This document shows positions 1-10,336 of a stretch of DNA of 64,000 nucleotides, one piece after another. The stretch lies in contig JAXGZN010000001.1 of the NCBI GenBank assembly GCA_040776945.1, forward strand, positions 640,001 to 704,000. The letters run 5' to 3'. This stretch comes from Methanomassiliicoccaceae archaeon (GTDB lineage: Archaea > Thermoplasmatota > Thermoplasmata > Methanomassiliicoccales > Methanomassiliicoccaceae). The stretch's first letter is position 1. Every line of letters begins with the position of its first letter. The notes under the pieces were generated by a model. The model was not told the DNA's origin and made no database searches. It worked only from the letters and a program-made list of their open reading frames with translations. Position numbers and translations under genes: made by a program.

Positions 1-3000
1 GGAGCGGCCCTCGGTCGGCTGCCTGGTTAATATCTGCACCGGGCCGCGGGAACGCACGTGCATCTTCCCCGACACCATGTGGTGCAGCTTCTGGTAGTAG
101 ATCACCCCGGTAAAGATCTCGGCCTCGATCCTCTTACCGGACTGGCCATCGTACATGACCTCCTTTCCGGTGGTGTTGAAGCCTGCTCGGCCCAGGGCCT
201 CGCGCAGTGCCTCCTCCTTCTCCCCCGAGAATGCGGTGCCGTCGATCGAGCGCGCTTCCATCGCCCCGACCTTGCCGCCGATCATCTCCAGGACGTGGGC
301 GACGGTCATGCGCGATGGTATGGCGTGGGGATTGATCACCAGGTCCGGCGTCACCCCGTCGCAAGTGAACGGCATGTCCTCCTGGGGCACGATGAGGCCG
401 ACCACGCCCTTCTGCCCGTGCCGGGACGCGAACTTGTCCCCGAGCTCAGGGACCCTCTCGTCCCTGACCTTGACCTTCACGAGACGGGACCCGTTCTCCG
501 ACTCGGTGAGCATGACCGAGTCTACCCAGCCGCTCTCTCCCGGCCGGATGGTGATGGAGGTCTCCCTCCTCTTCTGCGGGGTGAGGAAGTCCGTTTCCTC
601 CTCCAAGAACCTTGGCGGGGAGGTCTTGCCGACCAGCACGTCGCCGCCGGAGACCAGCGTTTCCGGCGAGATCAGGCCGTCCTCGCCCAGGTTGGCGTAG
701 GACAGGTCGGTTCGCGCTCCGCGCACGTCCGGTGAGGGGATCTCGAAGTGGTCCTCCTGCCCTCCGGGATACCGGCGCTCCTCGGCGCGGTAGGTCCGGA
801 GGAAGGATGAGCGGCCAAGGCCGCGCTCTATGGACGCCCTGTTGAGGATCAGGGCGTCCTCCATGTTGTATCCGTGGTATGATATGACGGCGACGACGAA
901 GTTCTGGCCCGCCGGACGGTCGTTGAACGCCACGAAGTCCATCGGTTTGGTCTGCACCATGGGCTTCTGCGGGTAGTGCAGGATGTGTCCCCTGGTATCA
1001 GGGCGCTTACGATAGTTGGTGCAGCTCAGGCCCAGCGACTGCTTGGCCATTCCCGAGCCCATGGTCACCCGCGGGGAGGAGTCGTGCTCGGGGTACGGCA
1101 CCACGCCGGCGGCCACTCCCAGGATGACCATGGGGTCGACCTCCATGTGGGTGTTCTCCGAGGTTATCAGCAGCGGGACCTTCATCTCCCCGCCGCAGTG
1201 CTTGCACCTCACGACCGCGTCTCCGGTCTCCGCACCGGGGTTCATCCAATCGACATCGGTCGGCGACAGCGCGCGGGCGCAGGAGGCGCATCTCTCCGGT
1301 GACTCGAACGGCTCGACCGCCACCAGGGAATCCTCTTCCTCCTCGGCATCTATCCATTCCATAACGCCCTCGCGCAACAGGTCGGCCCACTTGACCTTCC
1401 CGTCCCGGATGTCCTCGATGTGCTTGCGGGTGATGACCGGGCGGCCCTCCTGGACCACGAGCAGAGGGCGGCGCAGGCGGCCCTCGTCGCAGTTGATGAT
1501 GACCTCGCTCATCTCCTCGTCGTAGCGGATGTTGATCTCGTTGGACAATAGTCCTTGACGCCTGCCGGCACGGATCTCCGACACCAGCACGCGGGGGTTC
1601 TCGATGTATCCGACCAGGTCGCCGTTAACGTACACCTTCGCCCCGGTGACGGCCTCGCCTGCCTTGACCTCGACCACGCCGCGGTCTCGGAGGAGCCATT
1701 GCACGTCCTCCTCGCGGAAGCCCTCGGACACGTCGATGATCAGGGCGGCGTTCTTGACCAGGCCGCAGTTCTGGCCCTCGGGGGTCTCGTTCGGACACAA
1801 ACGGCCCCACTGAGTGGGATGCAGGTCACGGGCCTCGAAGTGAGGCTGGGAGCGCGTGAGCGATGAGGTCACCCTCCTCAAGTGGGACAGGGTGCTCATG
1901 TTGGACGTGCGGTCCAGCAGCTGCGACACGCCGGCCCGGCCGCCGACCCAGTTGCCGGTGGCGAGCGCGTGCAGCAGGCGGTGCGTCAATAGGTCCGGCC
2001 TTATGGCCGAGCCGATGCGAAGGTCCTTCTTCCTTGCGAACGAACGCTCCAGCTGGTACTTCAGATCCTTCATCAGGTTTGTGAAGGCGACCCGGAACAG
2101 GTCCTCCATGAGGTCCCCCGACAGCTTCAGCCGCTTGTTCGCGTAGTGGTCCTTGTCGTCCTCCTTCCTCATGCCGATGCTCAGCTCCAGCACGGAGCGG
2201 GCGATACGGCCCAGGAAGTAGGCCTTCTTGATGCGGTCGTCCTTGGTGTCCCCGAGGTGGGGCAGCAGGGAGCGGTCGATGATGGACTCGACCTTCTTCT
2301 CCCGGTACTCGCGAGCCTGGCCAGTGGCGAACTTGCGCTCCAGGTAGTTGAGGGCGTCCTCGGTGGTGAACACGCCGTTGGGAGGGTACAGCTTCTTGTC
2401 GTGGCACTCCTCGATGTTGGCGTACACGATGTTGGCCATGTCCGGCACGCTGACGATGGCGTCGTAGATCTCCTTGTCGTTCTCCATCCCCAGGGCCTTC
2501 ATCAGGATGACGAGTGGGATCTGCCCGGAGGCCGCCGGCACGGTGACCATGAGGATGCCGTCCTTCTTCTTCTCCACCAGGGTAAGGGCCCGATACCCTT
2601 CTTTCTGAGAGAAGACCTTGGCGACCTCAAGCTGGGTGCCGTAGCGCTCGTTGTACTCGACCATGACCCGGTTGGGAGCGAGGTCCTCAAGGGATATCAG
2701 CACCCGCTCGGTCCCGCCGATGATGAAGTATCCGCCGGGGTCCGCGGGGTCCTCGCCGGCCTCGATGAGCTTCTCGCGGTACTCGGACTCGGTGAGCTCC
2801 CGCTCATCCTCCATGCTCTCCTTGTAGAGGTTGCATCGCTTTGACCGGAGCATGATCGGCAGGTCGCCGATGTGCACCTTCTCCGGTTCTTTCTCGATGC
2901 CGTCCTCGATTATGGTGAAATCCAGCTCGATCGGCGCCAGGTAGTTGAGGTTCCTCAGCCTCGCCTCCATGGGCGTCAGCTTGTGCGTCGCCCCGTTGGC

Positions 3001-3300
3001 CTCCCTTACCACGGGGTTGAGGATGCGTATGGTGGGCCGGCTGTATTGCGGATCGATGGTGCCGGTCTTCTCGTCCCTGCGCCTTCCGACCCTGATTTCG
3101 ACCTTGCGGCCGTCGGTACGGTCCTGCTCCAGCCTGATTATCCCCCTGCTGGTATCGTCCGCCGAGACCCTCAGGTTGTCCACGATCTTCTGCATCCGAC
3201 TGTTGGGATTGTCCATCGTGGACAGGAAATCGTTGAAGCTGGAGATGTGATGGTTGACGATGGACCGGTCCTTGAAATAGAGTTCTATAAGATCACGCAA
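1..3300 (-). CDS. rpoB: DNA-directed RNA polymerase subunit B (undivided; runs off window start)
   Basis: TTG start at 3300 ([25 protein letters not shown]); motifs [19 protein letters not shown] and [12 protein letters not shown] read on the minus strand; follows rpoH. Absent from the ORF track because there is no stop in the window. Confidence 0.96.
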   Translation of the reverse strand, partial: MRDLIELYFKDRSIVNHHISSFNDFLSTMDNPNSRMQKIVDNLRVSADDTSRGIIRLEQDRTDGRKVEIRVGRRRDEKTGTIDPQYSRPTIRILNPVVREANGATHKLTPMEARLRNLNYLAPIELDFTIIEDGIEKEPEKVHIGDLPIMLRSKRCNLYKESMEDERELTESEYREKLIEAGEDPADPGGYFIIGGTERVLISLEDLAPNRVMVEYNERYGTQLEVAKVFSQKEGYRALTLVEKKKDGILMVTVPAASGQIPLVILMKALGMENDKEIYDAIVSVPDMANIVYANIEECHDKKLYPPNGVFTTEDALNYLERKFATGQAREYREKKVESIIDRSLLPHLGDTKDDRIKKAYFLGRIARSVLELSIGMRKEDDKDHYANKRLKLSGDLMEDLFRVAFTNLMKDLKYQLERSFARKKDLRIGSAIRPDLLTHRLLHALATGNWVGGRAGVSQLLDRTSNMSTLSHLRRVTSSLTRSQPHFEARDLHPTQWGRLCPNETPEGQNCGLVKNAALIIDVSEGFREEDVQWLLRDRGVVEVKAGEAVTGAKVYVNGDLVGYIENPRVLVSEIRAGRRQGLLSNEINIRYDEEMSEVIINCDEGRLRRPLLVVQEGRPVITRKHIEDIRDGKVKWADLLREGVMEWIDAEEEEDSLVAVEPFESPERCASCARALSPTDVDWMNPGAETGDAVVRCKHCGGEMKVPLLITSENTHMEVDPMVILGVAAGVVPYPEHDSSPRVTMGSGMAKQSLGLSCTNYRKRPDTRGHILHYPQKPMVQTKPMDFVAFNDRPAGQNFVVAVISYHGYNMEDALILNRASIERGLGRSSFLRTYRAEERRYPGGQEDHFEIPSPDVRGARTDLSYANLGEDGLISPETLVSGGDVLVGKTSPPRFLEEETDFLTPQKRRETSITIRPGESGWVDSVMLTESENGSRLVKVKVRDERVPELGDKFASRHGQKGVVGLIVPQEDMPFTCDGVTPDLVINPHAIPSRMTVAHVLEMIGGKVGAMEARSIDGTAFSGEKEEALREALGRAGFNTTGKEVMYDGQSGKRIEAEIFTGVIYYQKLHHMVSGKMHVRSRGPVQILTRQPTEGRS

Positions 3301-3307
3301 TTCGTTC

Positions 3308-3580
3308 TCACCCCTTGAGCTCCTTGCTTATTACAAGGCGATATACTATGAACTCCTCGGCGGTGTCGCTCTTTCTTCTGATCTGGATTATCCTGCCGGG
3401 ATGTATCGGTCCCTCTATGCGCTCCAAGAGCCGGATGCAGGCATCGTCCCTCCGGATCTTCGGCAACTGGTCCCTGGTTATCTTCAAATCGGCCAAGATC
3501 TTCTCGGCCTCCTGCTCCGAGAGCAGGGAATGTTCTGGCACGAGATCGTGCTCCAAGACGTTCAAATCCGACTCTACCAC
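3308..3580 (-). CDS. rpoH: RNA polymerase subunit H (Rpo5)
   Basis: HDLVPEH..L, QLPKI...D, RKSDTA...YRLV; directly upstream of rpoB. Confidence 0.95.
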   Translation of the reverse strand: MVESDLNVLEHDLVPEHSLLSEQEAEKILADLKITRDQLPKIRRDDACIRLLERIEGPIHPGRIIQIRRKSDTAEEFIVYRLVISKELKG

Positions 3581-3701
3581 CTAGATCACCTCGCCCGTTG
3601 TCAATGGAAAATGGTTTTGACTAAGAGTCAGGTCAATAAAAGACTGCCGCGCTGGCTTCCCGAACGTTTTACCTTCCATCGTTCCTCTCCCATTTCCAGG
3701 G

Positions 3702-3843
3702 CGGGCCCGCGGGGATTTTCGGAGCACGCGGGAAGGCCGCGCGCCTTTCGAACCCCGGACCACCTGGTTAAAAGCCAGATGCTCTTTCTAGGGAGCGGTA
3801 AGAGAACTCTCCCCACCGTCCTACCTAGCTGAGCTACGGGCCC
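3702..3843 (-). tRNA. tRNA-Lys(UUU) with two introns (3786-3822 in the D-loop, 3716-3746 in the T-loop)
   Basis: Removing both inserts gives a 74-nt cloverleaf: GGGCCCG TA GCTC AGCTAGGTA GAGC A TCTGG CT TTT AA CCAGG TGGTC CGGGG TTCGAAT CCCCG CGGGCCC G; both inserts form bulge-helix-bulge motifs. Confidence 0.93.
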
Positions 3844-4009
3844 ATTGCAAGCTAGTTCGCATTGCAGAACCCCATGTAAAGACTCTAATTATTTAAAGGT
3901 TGCCTATGTGGCCGGTGCCGGGGCCGGCGGCCTGACGATATTCGAGGCCGCTCGGGCCACGGCCGGGACGCGCGTCCCATTATTGACATAATATAATCAT
4001 GAAAGATGT

Positions 4010-4714
4010 TCACGACCTCTTCCGTGCGCTGAGGCGGGAGAGGACCGGATCGCTCCTGAGCTCCCGGAGCGCGTCGGCGGCGATCCATCTGGCGGCCTTG
4101 CTGTCGCGCTTTGATATCCTCAACCCGCGCTCCACCGCCGCCCGGTTCAGCTCGAGGTTGCGCTTTCCTATCTGCCTCAGTGCCCAGTTCACCGCCTTGC
4201 GGACGTAGTTCCGAGGGTCAGCGCTCTCCCGCTCGATCGCGTCGAGGAAGGTGGTGAACTCGACGTTCCCGGCCTTCTTGTCATGCACCGCCAGCACGGC
4301 CATCAGCACGAAGCCGGCGCGCTTTACGAACTCCTCCTGTCGCGTGGACCACTCGATGGCCTTAGGCCAGGCGTACGGGGTCCTTCGGAAAAGGTTGGTG
4401 CAGGTCTGGTCGCAGAGGTCCCAAGAACGGAGGTCCGATGCCCACGCCTCCATCTGCGCCTCGGTCACCTTCGCCGGCTCATCCACCATCGTCGCCAGCA
4501 GCCTAGCCTCGAGAACCCCTGTGTCCCACAGCGCCGCGGCAAGCCCGTGGTCCCTGCCCGCGCGCCGGGCCATGGCCCGCAGCTGCGGCACCGAGGTGCC
4601 GCCGTACGCGCTACCGGTGTCGATTCCGTAGCGAGCCATCGCCTGCCTGGACGCCTCGTTGGCGCGTCCTCTCAGCTCGGCCAAGAGCTCCTCGAGCGCC
4701 TCCTCCGGATTCAC
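4010..4714 (-). CDS. DNA alkylation repair protein (AlkD-like HEAT repeat)
   Basis: SWDLCDQ, EEFVKRAGF, DPRNYVRKAVNWALRQIGK; GTG start at 4714 inferred. Confidence 0.85.
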   Translation of the reverse strand: MNPEEALEELLAELRGRANEASRQAMARYGIDTGSAYGGTSVPQLRAMARRAGRDHGLAAALWDTGVLEARLLATMVDEPAKVTEAQMEAWASDLRSWDLCDQTCTNLFRRTPYAWPKAIEWSTRQEEFVKRAGFVLMAVLAVHDKKAGNVEFTTFLDAIERESADPRNYVRKAVNWALRQIGKRNLELNRAAVERGLRISKRDSKAARWIAADALRELRSDPVLSRLSARKRS

Positions 4715-4793
4715 GTCCTGATGATGGCGTGCGGCGGTAAAAGGGCTGCGGCCAGGGTGAAGTATATCTCCATTCCCGCCGATGGCTGGACCC

Positions 4794-5525
4794 ATGAGGA
4801 TTGCACACATCACCGACCTCCACTTCTCCGCCTCATTGTTCGTCCAGGAGTACGCGGACAACGTCGAGCGCATCATAAAGGCCGAACGGCCAGACCTGCC
4901 GGTGGTCACCGGAGACCTCACCACCGAGGGCTACATCCACGAGTTCGAGGCGGCCAAGAAGTACCTGGACGGCCTGGAGGTGAGGGACAGGCTGATCGTC
5001 CCCGGCAACCACGACTCCAGGAACCTCGGCTATACGATATTCGAGGAGCTCATCGGCCCCCGCTTCCCGGTCCACCGCGGGGAAGGGATCACGGTGATGG
5101 GGCTCGATTCGACGGAGCCAGACATTGACGACGGCCATGTGGGGAGGGAGCACTACGGGGACATAATTAACAACCTGTCTGGCCCAGGGATCAAGGTCCT
5201 GGCGCTTCACCACCATCTCATCCCCATTCCCGGAACGGGGAGGGAGAGGCAGATCCCCGTGGACGCCGGGGACCTGCTGGGCATATGCAAGGAGGTGGGG
5301 GTGGACATCGTGCTCTCCGGCCACAAGCACCTGGCGTGGGTGTGGAACCTCGATGGCTGCCATCTCATCACCGCGGCGACATCCACGACCCGCCGCCTGA
5401 AAGGCCGCTCCCGACCGGCGATGAACATGATCGATATCGTGTCGGGAGAGGTCACGGTGCGCATGATATGCACCGACGACCTCCATGAGGAAACGGTGAT
5501 GAGAGGTCGTCTCAGATATCATTGA
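4794..5525 (+). CDS. Calcineurin-like metallophosphoesterase
   Basis: HITDLH, TGDLT, PGNHD, HHH and SGHKH motifs. Confidence 0.9.
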   Translation: MRIAHITDLHFSASLFVQEYADNVERIIKAERPDLPVVTGDLTTEGYIHEFEAAKKYLDGLEVRDRLIVPGNHDSRNLGYTIFEELIGPRFPVHRGEGITVMGLDSTEPDIDDGHVGREHYGDIINNLSGPGIKVLALHHHLIPIPGTGRERQIPVDAGDLLGICKEVGVDIVLSGHKHLAWVWNLDGCHLITAATSTTRRLKGRSRPAMNMIDIVSGEVTVRMICTDDLHEETVMRGRLRYH

Positions 5526-5552
5526 AATCCTGCCTCATGCATTACCCTCACG

Positions 5553-6554
5553 ATGTCCCCGGACAGCGAGGCCGGCAGCGGCGCCAAGATCACGGTCATG
5601 GGCTACGACAGCTCGGCGGTGGTCCGCGAGGAGGTGTCCTCGATGGCCGAGGCGCTGGACCGCATAGGGCTGAAGAATGTCACCTGGATCATCGTGCGCG
5701 GCAGGCTCGGGAATGAGGGGCTTGATTCGCTCAAGGAGCGGCTCAATATCCACCCGGTGGCGTTAGAGGAGATAGTCGAGCGATATGGATCGAGACCGAA
5801 ACTGGTGGACTATGAGGAGCATATCTTCATAACTTGGCGGCTGCTGCGCCTGGCGGACCGGGAGGTCGTGGAGAGACAGGCGATAAGCCTGCTGGGCGAA
5901 GGCTACCTGATCTCCTTGGTCCCTGAGGACCATACCTTCTCGAGGACCGTGGACGCCCTGGGGAACGAGCATAACCAGGTGCGCGGTCTGGGCGCCGATT
6001 ACCTGCTCTATGATATCATCGATACAGCGATCGATGATTACTTCGGTGTCTCCGAGAACCTGGGGGATCTCATCGAGGATGCCCAGGACCGTGTGCTGAT
6101 CGACACCGGAACGAGGTCGCTGGCTGAGATCCAGCAGCTGCGGAGGGAGCTGATCAAGTTGCGGAAGGCCATCTGGCCGCTCCGGGAGGCTATCAACGTC
6201 CTGGTCAAGGGGCAGTCGGACCTGGTGGACGAGTATACCGCGCCGTACTACCGGGACGCCTATGACCATACCATCGAGCTAATGGATACCGTAGACACCC
6301 ACAGAGACATGCTATCCGAGATGCTGGACGTCTATCAGAGCAATGTCAGCAATCAGCTGAACAAGATCGTGAAGGTGCTGACCCTCATCTCGGTCGTCTT
6401 CGCGCCCCTCACCTTCATCGTCGGACTTTACGGTATGAACTTCGACCACATGCCGGAGCTGAGGTCCCCGCTAGGCTACCCGGTCGTGCTAGCGGTGATG
6501 CTCATCATCGCCATCCTCATGATCGTCCTGTTCAGGCGACGGGGTTGGCTCTGA
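5553..6554 (+). CDS. corA: CorA Mg2+/Co2+ transporter
   Basis: GLYGMNF..MPEL motif and two C-terminal TM helices. Confidence 0.93.
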   Translation: MSPDSEAGSGAKITVMGYDSSAVVREEVSSMAEALDRIGLKNVTWIIVRGRLGNEGLDSLKERLNIHPVALEEIVERYGSRPKLVDYEEHIFITWRLLRLADREVVERQAISLLGEGYLISLVPEDHTFSRTVDALGNEHNQVRGLGADYLLYDIIDTAIDDYFGVSENLGDLIEDAQDRVLIDTGTRSLAEIQQLRRELIKLRKAIWPLREAINVLVKGQSDLVDEYTAPYYRDAYDHTIELMDTVDTHRDMLSEMLDVYQSNVSNQLNKIVKVLTLISVVFAPLTFIVGLYGMNFDHMPELRSPLGYPVVLAVMLIIAILMIVLFRRRGWL

Positions 6555-6615
6555 GCAGAACGGCGGTCTTATATACCAAGACAAAACTGTATCGGCTCAA
6601 ATTTCGGTGATCATC

Positions 6616-6786
6616 ATGGAGACAGAGAAGATTTGCAGCTCATGCGGCGTCAGGCTGGGCAAGAACGACGGTATGACGTTCTTCAAGTGCCCCGAGTGCG
6701 GCGTAGTGGAGATCGGTCGCTGCCCCAACTGCAGGGACCAGAGCGTGACCTACACCTGCACCAAGTGCGGTTTCACCGGACCTTAG
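6616..6786 (+). CDS. Small zinc-ribbon protein (DUF1610/HVO_2753-like), 56 aa; not in ORF track
   Basis: METEKICSSCGVRL..FKCPECG..IGRCPNCRDQSVTYTCTKCGFTGP*, four CxxC; usual position upstream of EF-1beta. Confidence 0.88.
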   Translation: METEKICSSCGVRLGKNDGMTFFKCPECGVVEIGRCPNCRDQSVTYTCTKCGFTGP

Positions 6787-6795
6787 GTGAGCGCC

Positions 6796-7062
6796 ATGGG
6801 AAAGGTCGCTGCCGTTTACAACATGGTCCCGGAGAGCCCTGAGGTCAACCCTGAGGAGATCGTCAAGGCCCTGCCGGCCGTCCTCCCGGACGGCGTGGGG
6901 ATCAACAGCGTTTCCATCAAGCCCTTCGCTTTCGGTCTTAAGATCATCGAGGTCACCGCCATAATGGACGACACCTCGGGCATCATCGAGAAGCTGGAGG
7001 AGGCGCTCCGCTCCATCCCCAAGGTCCAGAGCGTCGAGAACACCACCATCACCCTGATCTGA
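6796..7062 (+). CDS. ef1b: Translation elongation factor 1-beta
   Basis: MGKVAA..MVPESPEV, PFAFGLK motif, ~88 aa. Confidence 0.9.
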   Translation: MGKVAAVYNMVPESPEVNPEEIVKALPAVLPDGVGINSVSIKPFAFGLKIIEVTAIMDDTSGIIEKLEEALRSIPKVQSVENTTITLI

Positions 7063-7121
7063 AACCGCTTCGGCGCACGAGCGCCAAATCCTAATTTTTC
7101 TCACTTCCGATGTGTCGAGCC

Positions 7122-7565
7122 TTAAGGCTCGAGGAGCTCGAATCCGGTGCCTGCATCACGGACCTTGCGGGCGCTCGAGCCGATAAGCTCGAACATGATC
7201 ACTTCGAGCACCTGCCATACTACCACTCCGCTGCGGACGCATCCCGCTGACGCTTTCCCCTCGCGGCCGAACGCCGCGTGCACGTGGAGCATCGGACGGC
7301 CGTCCTCGTCCGGGAAGAGCGTGCCCACGCCGGTCAGCTCATGCACGTCCGGCAGCGTATGCTTCATAGGCTCGACCGGACGGGCGTCAGCGTCCCGGGG
7401 GCCACAGACGATAACGCTGCCGCGGTCAGCGGCGCCGACCATCAGCAGGGCCGCTCGCTGGACCCCGTGCTCTGACGCGAACTTCTCGAGGATCTCGTGG
7501 ACCACCTCGCCCTGCTCCAGCCGGATGATGAACACTCGACCCCTGGTCGCCTCTGAGAACTTCAT
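7122..7565 (-). CDS. PPC/DUF296 domain protein
   Basis: IIRLEQGE, ELTGVGT, LHVHAAFG motifs. Confidence 0.85.
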   Translation of the reverse strand: MKFSEATRGRVFIIRLEQGEVVHEILEKFASEHGVQRAALLMVGAADRGSVIVCGPRDADARPVEPMKHTLPDVHELTGVGTLFPDEDGRPMLHVHAAFGREGKASAGCVRSGVVVWQVLEVIMFELIGSSARKVRDAGTGFELLEP

Positions 7566-7598
7566 GGCGTCACCGAAAAAGAAGAAGGATGAAGGGGT

Positions 7599-8945
7599 TT
7601 ACTCTGGTGGAGCGCGGATGAAGTCCTTGTCCATCAGCAGCTTGGTCTGGTCCCTAGCCCGCCTGATGGCGCTCTCGGCGCGCTGCCACAGCTCATCGCG
7701 GCTCAGGTTCACGCGGGCCACGCCGGTCTCGATGGCCTTCATTCCCACCGCCACGGCCTCGCGGGGGAATACCTCCCAGTCGTCCATGGTCGGTACGATG
7801 TACTCTTCGCTCAAGCCCTTGTCCTCGGCGGTCTTGGCGATCTCCAGAGCGGCGGCGATGCACATCTCGTCGGTGATCGTCCTGGCGCGAACGTCCAGCG
7901 CCCCGCGGAAGATGCCCGGGAAGCCCAGCGAGTTGTTGACCTGGTTGGGGAAGTCCGAGCGGCCGGTAGCGACGATGCGCGCGCCCGCCTCCTTGGCCTC
8001 CCAGGGCCAGATCTCCGGTATGGGGTTGGCGGTAGCGAAGACGATGGCATCCTTGGCCATGCCCTTGACCCAGTCCTTCTGGATTACGCCGGGGCCGGGG
8101 CGCGAAGCCGCGACCAGAATGTCCGCGCCGGCCATGGCCTCCTTGATCCCGCCGACCACGTTCCTGGCGTTGGAGTGGGTGCACATGAACCACTTCTCGG
8201 CGTGCGTTTTCTTGATGTCCTCGCGGCCCTTGTGCAAGGTGCCCTTGCTGTCGCACATGACGATGTTCTTGATGTCGAAGCCCGCGGCGACCATGACCCG
8301 GGCGATGGCAATGTTCGCAGCGCCAGCACCGACCATGGCGACCTTGGACTCGGATATCTTCTTGCCCACGACCTTGTGGGCGTTGATGGCGCCGGCAGTG
8401 ACTATGGTGGCGGTGCCCTGCTGGTCGTCGTGCCACACGGGGATGTCCATCTCCGCCCGCAGGCGGTCCAGGATCTCGAAGCACTTGGGGTTCTCGATAT
8501 CCTCGAGGTTGATGCCGCCGAAGGAGGGGGCGAGGTATTTCACCGTCTTGATGATCTCCTCGGTGTCCTTGGTGGCCAGGCAGATGGGCACCGCGTCCAC
8601 GCCGCCCAGGTACTTGAACAAGAGTGCCTTGCCTTCCATGACCGGCAAACCAGCCTCGGGACCGATGTCCCCGAGACCCAGGACCCTCGTGCCGTCGGAA
8701 ACGACCGCGACCATGTTGCCCTTGCTGGTGTGCTCATAGACCTTCTCGGGGTTCTTTTTGATGTCCTTGCATGGCTCCGCCACGCCGGGAGTGTACCAGA
8801 TGGCGAAGTCCTGGAAGTTCCTGACCGGGCACTTGGCGGTGATCTCGATCTTTCCCTCGTAGAAGGGGTGGTACTTCATGGCCAGCCTAGCCGGCTCATA
8901 CGCCTTCTTCAGCAGCTCTTCCTCGGTCTTCTTGTCCATCGTCAT
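7599..8945 (-). CDS. NAD(P)-dependent malic enzyme
   Basis: YTPGVAEP, DGTRVLGLGDIGP, INLEDI, HDDQQGTA, GAGAA, ATGRSDFPNQVNN. Confidence 0.95.
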   Translation of the reverse strand: MTMDKKTEEELLKKAYEPARLAMKYHPFYEGKIEITAKCPVRNFQDFAIWYTPGVAEPCKDIKKNPEKVYEHTSKGNMVAVVSDGTRVLGLGDIGPEAGLPVMEGKALLFKYLGGVDAVPICLATKDTEEIIKTVKYLAPSFGGINLEDIENPKCFEILDRLRAEMDIPVWHDDQQGTATIVTAGAINAHKVVGKKISESKVAMVGAGAANIAIARVMVAAGFDIKNIVMCDSKGTLHKGREDIKKTHAEKWFMCTHSNARNVVGGIKEAMAGADILVAASRPGPGVIQKDWVKGMAKDAIVFATANPIPEIWPWEAKEAGARIVATGRSDFPNQVNNSLGFPGIFRGALDVRARTITDEMCIAAALEIAKTAEDKGLSEEYIVPTMDDWEVFPREAVAVGMKAIETGVARVNLSRDELWQRAESAIRRARDQTKLLMDKDFIRAPPE

Positions 8946-9134
8946 AGTGATGTCGCTCCACCGGGCTTGATACTCGATAGCAGGGCCCGGCTGGGTCGAA
9001 ATCCCCGATTTTATTATTAAACTGTTCGGTCGGCCCGCCCACTATCTGACGCCTTCCCGTTCGTTAAGGGCGGCGTATTTACTATATTCGTACAATGAAA
9101 TCGAAACGCATGTCTTTTTTTGGATTCTTGGACG

Positions 9135-10280
9135 CTAAGTGTCAGCCTCGTCCATATCCACCAGCTGTGTCTGATACTCGAAGCGAACGTCCCCCAAGAT
9201 TGTTGATGCGGAACCGCTTCGGAAGTCGCTTGCCGGCATCCAGGCTCTCCTGGATGCTGCGTGCCTCCTGGAGGAGCCGTTCGGCCTTGCGGCGTCGCGA
9301 CGCAAGATGCTCTTCCTTGAGCTTCTCAGAGAAGAAGTAATAGTTCGCTCGCGATGGAAAGACGCGTTTCGAGGCGTAGACGCCATCTTCCTCGTTAACG
9401 AGCTCCCAGACGTTCGCGTTGAAGGTTTGGAACACGGCATCGTCCGAGGAGTTCAGCTTCTTCGACGTCAGATAGTCGTTCGAATCCAGGACGATGCTTT
9501 CCAAGTTCCTCTTGTCGTTCGCGCCCTTGTCGAAGACGATCAACGAACCATCTTTCAGCACGTTGCGCACTTGATCGTAAGTACGCCGGAAATGCTCCTG
9601 GTCGTTGATGTTGCCCGGCTCGACGGTCATTCCGATCGGCACGTTCACCGGCGGAGCGAGCTGCGCTACGCCGAGCGTCACCTGCTTCTTGTCCGGTCGG
9701 TGGTCGCGAGAGTAACCGAACTTCGCCAGCTCGTTCATGTCCCCGTAGTAAACGATGGAGGTCCAGTCCATCAGCACGTCCGTCGTCTCGCACCCAAGCA
9801 GCTTCAGGACGCGGTCCTGAAGCTCTCGAACGATGCTCTCGCGGTTGCGTCCTAACGTCTCGATCGCCCGGTACAGCGTCTTGACGTTGAAGTTCGGAAG
9901 CTCGTAGTACTCCCTAACTTCCGACCTATTCAACCATTGACCAGCCTGAAGAACGCTGAAGTTGTCCCCCAATTCGTAGGCGAGCAGACCGCGGACCAGA
10001 GGATCGAGCGGAATCCCCTTAGCCTTGTGCCGGCCGATGACGGCCGGCAGCTCGAGATCTTCGTACCAACCGTCGACCATCAGCGAGGTGCCGATGGAAA
10101 ACGATTTATTGTCGTTCGGCGTGATGACGGCTGTCCTCAGTCTGAGCTGTCTTTGCACACACTACAGGAGGGCTGAGGACACTTTTAACCTCTCACCATC
10201 CTCCGCTCGCGAGCGGAGGCCAGCGTGATCGTCCCGGTCAAAACGAGAAATATTTAATTCAGCCCATTGTCAAAGTCAGG
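9135..10280 (-). mobile_element. IS1634-like element, 3'-truncated (transposase ORF 9142-10158, frameshifted tail to 9135)
   Basis: DWTSIVYYG, FGYSRDHRPDKKQV, PGNINDQ, IVFDKG motifs; candidate end CCTGACTTTGACAA at 10267-10280; the C-terminal part of the transposase is missing. Confidence 0.8.
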
Positions 10281-10336
10281 CTCGAGGTCCAAAGCCGACC
10301 GTCATCGCTCCGTTCGAGGAATACATACGCGCGCGA

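Noticed and set aside
58-3318. Many long + strand ORFs over rpoB (and similar antisense ORFs window-wide)
   Set aside because: Shadow ORFs caused by high GC3 codon bias; the opposite strand carries the recognisable motifs.
3982-4000. TTGACA...TATAAT resembling a sigma70 promoter
   Set aside because: Spacing is only 3 nt and the genome is archaeal.
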